From positions 1 through 31,996 of the IMG/VR virus record IMGVR_UViG_3300031519_000130: 31,996 nt of DNA, one strand, 5' to 3'. This document shows, piece after piece, positions 9,102-21,100 of this stretch (position 1 is the first letter of the stretch; each line of letters starts with the position of its first letter). The notes beneath the pieces are model-generated. The model was given only the letters and a program-made list of their open reading frames with translations, was not told where the DNA came from and ran no database searches. Origin of the DNA: a virus (taxonomy: Duplodnaviria > Caudoviricetes). Both the position numbers and the translations under genes were made by a program.

Positions 9102-12100
9102 TGGCCGACAATACAACAAACTCATTAACCAATAACGAAGTTATCAAGCAAGGTAACAACGAGTACAGAAGGACTGTACAACATCTACCCGCATTCTATA
9201 GGACAGACACGAATCAAAGATTCCTTGCTAGTACACTAGATCCTCTAGTACAAAAAGGGTCATTAGAAAGATTAGATGGTTACATTGGTAGACAGGATGC
9301 CTACACTAGATTGATAACGGATAGATATCTGACTGCCACAAATAGAGATAGATTTGCATACCAGCTGGAACCTGCTGTCACGTACACAGACAGAGATACT
9401 ACTTCTATAAATCCTGAAGACCAGGTCAAGTTTACAGGAACGTATGATGACTATATCAACCAGATCAAATATTTTGGCGGCAAAGTAGACAACCATGATA
9501 GGCTGAACAAGGAAACTGTATACGGGTGGAACCCAGCAATAGATTATGACAAACTGATCAACTATAGAGAATACTACTGGATACCCGAAGGCCCAGGAGT
9601 TATTGAACTTGATTCTGTAGGCCCATCAGCAGTGGTAGAATACGACGTGGTCAATCTTGCCAAGGGTGCTTACAATTTTGGTCATAGACCGGGAGAAAAT
9701 AATCCTATAATAAAACTTTATAGAGGAAACACATACAAATTTAAAGTCAATGCAACAGGACATCCTTTCTGGATCATGACAGAACCGTACAAGAGCATGG
9801 TGGCGGAAGATGGTTCAACATCAACAGTACACTCAACTGGCGTAACCAACAACGGGGTTGACTCTGGTACAGTGACATTCACAGTCCCACTTACTGGCGG
9901 CCCTGATACACTGTACTATCAGTGTGGTAACCACGACGCCATGTATGGTATATTACAGATCAGAGCTATAAACACACTGGCAAAAATTAATCCCGAGGAT
10001 GACATTATAGGTGTTAAGAATTACAGCCTGAGAACATTAGATTTATCCAATGGTATGAAAATTAAATTCACACCAGGTCAACTAGAGCCGGATTCAACAT
10101 ACCTAAACAAGGAATACTACGTAGAAGGTGTTGGCGATGCAATAACGCTGACCGATATTGATGATTTAATAACACCCGGCAGTTATGCTACAGAAGGCAC
10201 AGTACTTTATGATTCTGTAGGGTATGATTCAAGACCATATGCAAAAGCATATTACACCCCGAACACACAAGATTACATAACAATAAAGAGGGATTCTCGA
10301 GATCAAAATGCCTGGTCGAGATATAACAGATGGTTTCACAGATCAATAATAGATGAAACAGCAAGGGTAAGCGGATACACCCCAAATTTGGAAGAAACAG
10401 ACAGAGCCAAGAGACCTATTATAGAATTTGATTCGGGCCTTGCACTTTACAATCACGGAACAGTTGCTAAAAGATCAGTAACACTGTACGACACAGTTAC
10501 TACAGATGCTTTCAGCAGTGTTGTTAACCAGACAGGGTATATTGTTGACGGGTTAGCATTGGCAAACGGAATGAGGATTATATTTGCCGCTGACACAGAT
10601 CCTATAGTGAAGAATAAAATTTATGATGTAAATTTTGCAACAATAGGAGGAGCACAGGTTATTTCACTGACAGAAGCTTCGGCCGGAACACCATTAAACG
10701 ACGATTCAATTTTTGTGGAATTTGGAACAGTAAACCAAGGGAAGACTTTCCATTACAACAGTGCAATAACGGCCTGGACAGAGTCACAGCAGAAGACAGG
10801 AGTAAACCAACAACCGTTTTTTGGAATGTATGACAACGACCATACATCTTTTGACAACGAAACAACATATCCAAACTCTTCATTTGTTGGTGCAAAAGTT
10901 TTTGAATTTGCAACATCAGATACAGCAACAACAGACACAATACTAGGAATCAAAGTAAAATATAATTCAATTAACAATGTTGGCGATATTGTGTTCAACT
11001 CAGATCACACGTCCGGAACATTTACATACAAGAGTGGAACAACCACTGTCACTAAAAATTTAGCCGAAGGGCACCTGCACTACACAACAGCCAGGGCAAC
11101 GCACAACTCCAGAAGTGCTTGGGTCAAGAGAACAATCGAGAACAAACAGCGAGTTATCAGGACACAAACAGTAGATGACACAGAGAAAAAGTTGTTCCCT
11201 ATAGACTTCTACAAAAATTCTGCCGCATTGACTGACCTAGAAGTTTCTGTATTAGTTAACGGCTCTAGGAAAACAATTACAACAGATTATACTCTCGTTA
11301 ACGGAACATCAAACAAATATATAAAATTTGTTAACGAATTAAAAGTTGACGACCAGATCAGAATTGCCGGTTACAGCACTGCTGATAAAGTCGACAGCAA
11401 GGGTATATATGAAATACCTGACAACCTATCAATAAACAGTCTGAACCAACAGTTGGGAACATTCACATATGGACAGATATTAACTCATGTCAGAGATATA
11501 TTTGACAAGAATCAGGATGTAACAGGAGATATACCTGGAATGTCTAATCTTAGAGACAAACCAGATGCAAGATTAAAGGGTGGTAGCATACAACAGCACG
11601 AAGGCCCTTTGCTTCCAGCAGTGTTTGGTCTCATTGACCAAGAATCCAACGTAATGCTGGCACTGGATCATGCCAATATGGAATATGAGAAATGGTACAA
11701 TGCATTCCTTACACATGCTGTAGGAACTGCATATGAAGGAGTAGTTGCAGACAGGGTCGACGAGATCATAAAAGCAATAACGCAAGGCAGAAATTCATCT
11801 TTTCCATGCTATTACGAAGACATGATTGGTTGGGGTGAAAACGTTTCTACTAGATCATATACTGTGATGGGTATATCACAAACTGAATATGCATTAGACT
11901 CACAACATAATGTAACGACACCAAGCAACAGGGCAGTATATGTGTATCTTAATAATGTACAGCTTTTGGTCGGAACACAATATACATTCAGTACAACAGA
12001 CGACAGTATTAACATACTGGCCACACTAGCAGAAGGCGACAAAGTTGTGATCAAAGACTACGCAGATACAACAGGCAGTTACATGCCATCTACTCCAACG

Positions 12101-15100
12101 AAATTTGGAATGTATCCAAAATTCAAACCAGAATCTTTCACAGACGACACATACATAACAAACCAGACTGTGATCAGGAAACACGACGGCTCTATTATCA
12201 AGGCATATGGTGACGAGAGAGACAGCCTAATATTAGAACTGGAGAAAAGAATTTATAACAACTGCAAGACTGCATATGACAGTACACTCTTAGATTTAAG
12301 TGACGTGAACCCAACAGCATTCTCATCAACAGAATACACACTGTCAGAGATCAACGATATAATGGGTGTAGATTTCTATACCTGGGCAGGCAGGAACAAT
12401 GTACAGTACATTAACAACACACAATTTGTTGAAGGGTCACCGTTCACCTACAACTATGCTCTTTCCACTAGCAGAATTACAACAAGCGAGAAACTCCCAG
12501 GCTACTGGAGAGCGATATACCATTATTACTACGACACCGATGCTCCGCATGTAAGACCATGGGAGATGTTAGGACATTCAGAGAAGCCGACCGATTGGGA
12601 GACAACATACGGACCAGCACCATACACATCAGCCAATGATGTTCTTTGGAATGCAATAGCAACAGAACCAGGCCATTACGGAAAACCAGGAATACTAAAT
12701 CATCTACCGGTTGATGCATCAGGGAACCTATTGGATCCACTTGCGGCAGGACTTGTGGACAACTTCGACATACCGGGCAGACAGGCTTCTTGGAAGTTTG
12801 GGGATCAAGCACCAGCAGAAACATCATGGAGAAGATCGAGTGCCTATCCATTTGCTGTGATCAAGCTACTTGCATTAACGAAACCGGCCAAGTTCTTCTC
12901 TAACTATTTTGATCTTTCTAGGCTGACTACTAACGTTGCAGGGAATCAAATTTCAACAGACACAGGAATAAGAAAAACATTAGCAACTGCCAAGTATCAC
13001 CTAGAGACCGTAACAGACAACGCTACAGGTATTACTACAAGATATCAAACAGCAGGATATCAAAACTTTGTTGTGAATTACTTGATCTCTAGAAATTTAG
13101 ATCCTGCGACATTCTATTACAACAAGATGAAAAAACTAACTGTGCAATTGGCATACAAGTTGGGAGGATTCACAGACAAAGATAACATTAAAATATTAAC
13201 AGATTCTGTATCTCCAGGATCAACTTCAGGATCTAAATTTGTAGCAGATGAAAACTACAAAATTTTATTCAGAACATCAAATCCTGTTGAGAGTTTTAAC
13301 TATTCGGGTGTGTTGATAGAAAAGAATACAGATACTAGCATTGACGGATCTACACTACTAGGCGGATACAAGGTACTAGGTTATTCCACAACCAAACCTT
13401 ATTTCAGATTCAACTATCCTATAAAATCTACTAAAGGGAATGCAGTTTCTATTGAAGGAGCAATACCGGTACTACAGTACAAAAGATACCAAGAAGCCAC
13501 ACAAACTATACCATATGGATATGTATTCACTACTATTCAAGATGTTGTGGACTTTCTGTTTGGTTACGGACATTGGTTAGAAGACCAAGGATTTAAATTT
13601 AACAAATTTTCAAATGAAATAAAAGAAACTCTAAACTGGTCAAACGCAGTACGAGAATTTTTATTTTGGACGACACAAGAATGGGCACCAGGTTCAGCAG
13701 TAACAGTTTCACCAGCCGCAGATGGATTTGAGCTAGACACAGACAATTCAATAGTTGGCAAGTTAAGAAATTTAGCAGGAGACTATTCAGTGCTAGATGC
13801 AGGCGGAAGGAAGATAGACATTAGAGACATATCCACAAAGAGGACAGGTAAAACATTTGAACTGGGGATCAAATCACAGGATATAGGTCTGTACAACATA
13901 ACACTGAACACGGTACAGAAGGAACATATCTTGTTGTTCGATAATAGCACAGTGTTCTCAGACATAATATATGATCCATTCACAGGGTTTAGACAGAATA
14001 GATTAAAAATAGTAGGTTGGAAAACAGCAGGGTGGAACGGGGACTACTACGCACCGGGATTCATGTTTGATTCTGCACAAGTAACATATTGGTTGCAGAA
14101 CACTGACTATAAAATAGGAGACACAGTAGAAAACCAAGGAAAATTTTATGTTGCAACAGTAAATCATAATTCAACAACAACATTTGATTACGCCAATTGG
14201 ATTTTAAAAACAGAGAAGCCAGCTCCACAACTAATTCCAAATTTTGACTACAAGATTTCACAGTTCAAAGATTTCTATGAATTAGAAACCAACAATTTTG
14301 ATGAATCACAACAGCAACTAGCACAAAGACTGATAGGATATCAGTCAAGGGATTACTTAGAAAATCTTTTTGTTAACGATGTTTCGCAATACAAGTTCTA
14401 TCAGGGGTACATCAGAGAGAAAGGAACACAGAACGCCATAGACAGACTGACAAAGGCCAAATACGAAGGCGAGGACATAACTCTCGATCTTTATCCGGAA
14501 TGGATGATCAGAACAGGAAATTTTGGAAATACGGATTCCATAGAAAATATTCAGCTAGTACTACGTGACAACTTAATAAAAGCAGATCCACAGAGCATTG
14601 AACTAGTTGCCACAACAAATGACGAAAAGGAATACCAGAGATCGATTTCTGTAGATAAGTCTGCACTATATTACAAACCTGTAGATTATACTGCATTAAC
14701 AACTTTCTCAAGACTAGATTATTCAAAAGAAGGAACAGACAGGAACACTGCACAGGTCTACAAGACAGCAGGGTATCCACAACTGAACCAGGTACAGCAT
14801 ACTGCTTTTAACATAACTGATCTTTCTAACCTAGACATGAATGCCATAACGGCAAATGATCTTGTGTGGGTAGCCAATAAAAGTAACAACGACTGGGACG
14901 TTTTGAGAATAACATCATCTGGATACAAGATTGCAGGACTTAAAACACTCAATGATGCAACACAACTAGAGATAACATTCACAGGCTCACATGGCCTGTC
15001 AGCAGGCACTACAAGCACAAGAGCTGACTACTTTGGGATATCTAACAGTGAAGAACTTACACTAAACGGAGTGCATCTGGTATCTAGCATACCTGATTAC

Positions 15101-18100
15101 AAGACTGTGATCATAGATTACACGGGCAATACAGCATTCATTCCATCATTAGAAGACGGATCAACATCAGACAGTTACGGAAATGTTTATAAATTTATAT
15201 CTGTTAGATTATCATCAATGAATAATGTAAATGATCTTATAAGTTACGCAGACTACAATGACAAGGACGATGCTATTGAAAAAGAAGGCGACAAGGTTTT
15301 TGCAGACGCAGACAGCTCAGGACTGTGGCGTGTTTATGAGAAACAGGATCCATACACACAAGGATTGATACTATCTCCAGATTCAAGCACAGTAAACCAG
15401 GAGTTTGGCCACAGGATAGTAGCAAGGAACGATGGACGTACAGTCATAATCTCAGCCCCAGGCAAAAACGAAGGAGAAATACACTTCCTTTTTAGAAGCT
15501 CGTCGGAAGCAGGGACACTGTTACAGACACAGTTAACAGAGACAATGACAGACAACAATGACAACACCGGTAGATTAGGTGATTCTTTGTCGATGAGTAC
15601 AGATGACAACTTTGTTGTAGCAGGTGCACCATACACAAATACAATAGGATCGGATGGCAGTACTAGACAGTTAAACGCAGGACTAATGAAAATATATGTG
15701 TGGGATCCATCAACATTTAAATACGGTATCCTAAGTACTTTAACTCCACCAACCGATGGATCAAGTGCAAATGAGGATCTTAACTTTGGATGGGCACACA
15801 AGATTTCAGAACCCACGTCAGCGTCAGCAAGAAGCACAGCACAGAAATATCTATTTGTTTCAGGACCAGGACACGATGGTGATCAGGGCAGGATTTACAT
15901 GTACACATGGGGAATCGGTGCAGACGGTTCAACGTATGACACTTGGACACAGGATTACACATTAGAAGCACCAGATGGTGGTAGCGGACAAAGATTTGGA
16001 CATAGACTAGAAGCCAATGACAACGGTGACATACTGGCAGTCAGTTCACTGGCTCCAGGTAATGCAGGTAAAGTAGAAATATTTGTTAGAGCAGGATCGG
16101 CTAGCGATGGTAGTTCACAAAACTCGTTCACGTTAGTACAAACATTGACAGGTGTTGCATCAGATGGATCAACGATAAACACAGCGTTTGGAGAATCTAT
16201 CGCAATGAGTAAAGACGGAACAGCACTTATTATAGGAGCCCCGGGTATAGATAGTACCGAACAACCAGATGCCGGAGAGGTATACTACTACAAATGGAAT
16301 GCCGATGCATCGTCTAACACATACACACTACAACAAACTATAAGTGCACCTGGCACACAGAGCAACATGAAATTTGGAACGGCGCTAGATATCAATCAGG
16401 ACGGAACTAGACTAGTGATAGGTGCAGAAAATTTTGCAAGTGCTAGGGAAATAAAATTTGATAGTGGAGAGACAACATTTGATTTACAAGATACAACAAT
16501 AGTTGATCTGAATACCGGTTCAGGTGGAGCATATACAGCCACAATGTACAACACTAAATTTATACTAGATGATAGTTTAATAGCAGGTAATGTGTCAGAA
16601 AATGACGACTTCGGAAAGGGTGTCTGTATGATAGACAACTCGGTGTTTATTGGATCACCTAAAGATAACGGTAATATAGACGTTAATGATGGAAGTTCTA
16701 AAATAGAAAATGACGGAACAGTCAACCGTTACGATCTAAAAGTGAACGGGGAGTATGCATGGCAGAACCTAGTAACAGAAACAGCACTAATCGACATAGA
16801 GAAACTTGGACAGGTTTTTGAGTTTGACAGTGGCAGTAAACAAGTACGTGATCACTACAACATGTATGATCCAGTCAAAGGCAGAATACTAGGTGTGGCT
16901 GATAGAGAGATTAATATCAAGACCACATGGGATCCAGCAATATACAATTCCGGAACAATTACAAACACCAAGACACCGTGGGCAGAGGAGCACATTGGTG
17001 AGGTATGGTGGGATTTATCTAAAGTCAAATGGATATGGTATGAACAAGGATCACAAGAATACAAAGTTAATAACTGGGGTAAAATTTTTCCAGGCTCTAG
17101 CATAGATATTTGTGAATGGACAGAATCAATATTTCTGCCAAACGAGTGGAACTTAAGAACCGGAAGAGAGCAAGGGATAACAGGAACAGCACTGTATGAC
17201 GATAATACGCAGTACACTGTGATGCAGAAGTACAATTCGCTTCTAGATACATTTGTAGATTACTATTACTACTGGGTAAAGAACAAGGCAACAGTACCAT
17301 CGAGCAGTGTGGTCACAAGGAAGAACTCGACCGGATATGTGTCAAACCTGATAGCAAATCCACATAGTTATAATTTTAAATATTACTCGATAACAGATAC
17401 TAACAAATTGATTATTAATAATGTTAACAATTTAGTTGACAACGCCATAGTACTCAATATTGATATCAGGACAAATAATTTTGAAGGAGATTCACACTCG
17501 GTATGGAAACTAGCTAGAGAAGGCGATAAGGACTTCAGACCGGGCATACAGATAGAGGCACGTTGGTGGGATTCACTGATAGGTAAGAATGATACAGGTG
17601 ATTCAGTACCAGATCAAAATCTTCCAACTAATCAACAATACGGAAATAATACAAGACCTAGGCAAAGTTGGTACGTGGATAGATACTCAGCATTGAAAGA
17701 GATAATTGATTACTCTAACTCAATGTTAAAGAAACAGCAACTAGTTGGACAGATCAATCTTACTAACCTCGATGCCAAAGAGCCGGAACCTACTATTCAG
17801 AGTCTTGAATGGGATCAGTCAGTGGATACATACGCCGAACTGACTTACATCAATACAGCAGACACATCAGGAACTGTGAACTATCTTGTCAAGGCAGACG
17901 AAACTGCAAATGGATTCTGGGCAATATACAAATGGGATGGTACAGAATTCTCAAGAACAAAATTACAGACCTATAACACTTCAACTTATTGGAGTTACAC
18001 AGATTGGTACGGAACTGACCCTGCAATACATGAGATGCTTCACAGTGAAAAAACACCTATAGACAAACAAGTGACATTTGAATACGAGTTAGACACGTTG

Positions 18101-21100
18101 GACATGGACATAGGAAAACATGTGAAAGTCACAAGTGCAGACACAGGTGGATGGAAACTGTTTATGAAAACCGTTGCTGGTTGGCTCAATGTTGGAACAG
18201 AGAACGGAACGATAAGGCTATCAACTAAACTTTACGACTACTCCCAGGATGCCACAGGGTTTGCGGGTAATGACACATTTGATGACAATTTCTTTGACCA
18301 GGAACCGTCCATAGAGACCAGAAATATTTTGACAGCACTGCGAGATGACCTTTTTATAAATGATCTAGCAGTGGAATACAACACATTGTTCTTTACAGGA
18401 CTAAGGAAAGTATTAGCGGAACAGACTTACGTGGATTGGATGTTCAAGACATCGTTCATCAATGCCAAGAACAGTGTCAGAGCTCTAGACCAGAGAAAGA
18501 CATATACAACAGGTACTGACAGTTGGATAGAGAGTTACATAAATGAAGTTAAACCTTTCCACACAAAATTAAGAGAATACAAATTAGGACATACAGGCAC
18601 AGAAACACATGATGGTATGTTCACTGACTTTGATAGTCCGACATTCTACGATGTAGAAACAGGCAAAATCAGAGCTTTAAACGTTTCCTCAGACACTGCT
18701 AAACTTACAGAATATCCATGGCAGATGTGGAACGACTATCATAAGAAATATGTTTCATCAATAACTGTTGGCAACGGCGGTTCTGGCTATACTAGTACTC
18801 CAACAGTTACAATAGTAGGAGGAACAGTGGCATCAACGGGTCCGTTCCAAATACTGGCAACAAGTTCAAGTGGTTCAACGTCAGGCAGTTACGGTTACTA
18901 CCATCCTCTGTTTAGCAGTGAAGCACAGGCGAAGATATATGATTCACAGGACGGTGGAGCAGGAACAACAAACAGCTACACATTTGATGGGTACACTAAC
19001 ACATTTTATGGACCAAGTACAACTATTGTGCCTCAGTCAACAATTTCAAGTGCATTTAAAATGTACACGACTCCTACCACAACAGCGGCAACTGCCACAG
19101 CAACGGTGAAAGATGGGTCAGTTACACAGATTACTGTTAATGGGATTGGAGCAAATTATACTACGACACCTAGGGTGGTCATAACTGGAGGTGCAAGTGA
19201 TGGATCTACACCTACGGACACAGCAAGAGCATACGCAAATTTAAACAATGATCTAGTTAGAGATTTCAACACAACTATTAAGTTTGATAGGGTGTCGAGT
19301 ACATCAAGGGTAACGGATTGGACGGCATCTACTAGCTATGCATACAATGATTTATTTAGATACAACAATCAACTTTACAAGACAACATCAGCATTCACGG
19401 CAACAACAGATTTTGATGACAACATTGGCGATGTCTATAAGGTGTATGGAGACGAAACAGGACTGACTGCCGCGGACAGGACCAAAGGATTCTACACACC
19501 AGGATCAGGAATGCCGGGCAACGAACTAGCACAGGTAATGTCGGGTGTTGACTACGGTGGAACAATGGTAACAGGATTATTATTCACACAGGAACAGGGT
19601 TGGGACAAGGCAGGTTGGTATGACTTCCCATGGGACAATTATGGTGACTCTAGGATACAGGCATTTAGGGCAGATGGATTATCAACATTATATACATTTG
19701 ACAAAGCACCATCATCAACTGATGTGTATCAAGTCTACATCACACATAACGACAGCACAAGAAGAAAACTTTCTGATGTGTTCAGAGGCGATGGATCAAC
19801 AGTAGAGTTTAGAATAAGTGAACTAGCTGACGAAGATGCCTTGATTGAATTTATACCATTTGATGATGACGGAGTGTTAACACCGACAGACGACAGGACA
19901 CTGGAATCAATAGTACAGGGTGGCCTATTTGGATCAGCATTGGGTCATGCACCTAGTGACATTTTACTAGAAGGAGATGATTTCATATCACCAGACACCA
20001 GCTATGCTCCGGAAGAAACAGTACCAGGACAAATGTTTGACACACTGGACATAAAGGTTTACACATCTCCGGAATCAGGAGTGCCATTTATATCTGAGAG
20101 AAATCACAGAGGTGACGGAACTACATTAACATTCAGCATAGGTGACTATCCAGGAACACTGGCATCAGTAACAGTTTCTGTGAACGGTGTGGTTAAAAAA
20201 TTAACAACACACTACACAGTCAGCGTTGCAAACAAGACAATAACATTTACATCAGCACCACCGGCCAACAGTGTGGTCGCTACTAGAGTTTTTGCAATAA
20301 GTGGAGAGAATTACAGGGTGCTGGATCAGTACACAGGTGACGGATCAACCGCGACTTACACAACAGGCACTAGGGGTGAATTCAATTTGGACTCCACAGT
20401 TTCAGACATGTACATCACTGTAGATGGTGTACCTACAACAGCATTCACAACTACAACAACTGCAAACACGATCACAGTTACATTTAATACGCCTCCGACA
20501 GCAAATGCATTTATACAGATAGCAGGGTTCAACAAGTCATCAACATCAACAAGAAGTTTTGCAAGTATCAGGAACCAGGCGATCACATATGATGGTAGTA
20601 CAGATAGATACACCCTAACTTATCCACCTGGATCGATAGGACCATTGTCAGGACTAACAATGATAGAAGCAAACGGGAAAGTTCTAAGAGGCCCGGATGT
20701 TAGTTACTATCTGGGAGACGGAACAACTGCTAATTTTAATTTTAATCCACGGTCGACTGTAGGAAATGCTGGAATACATAGAACAGCAGATATATCAATT
20801 GAGACTACTGACACAACTACAACCTCCGCGGATGCGGCAGGTACACCAGGAACGGATGATATTTTAGGTGAAGATTCAACAATAGATCCTACAAAGGTCG
20901 TTACAAGTGTTTCGCAGATAAAGATACATGTAAATGGAGTAGAAAAGATACTGAACACTGACTACACAGTTGATCTAGGAAACGGAATATACACAACAGA
21001 TATATCATCAGAATCGTCTGACACAACTACAACAACTTCTGATGCCGCAGGACAACCAGATCTGATAAAATTTGTTACTGCACCGGAAAGTACAGATTTA

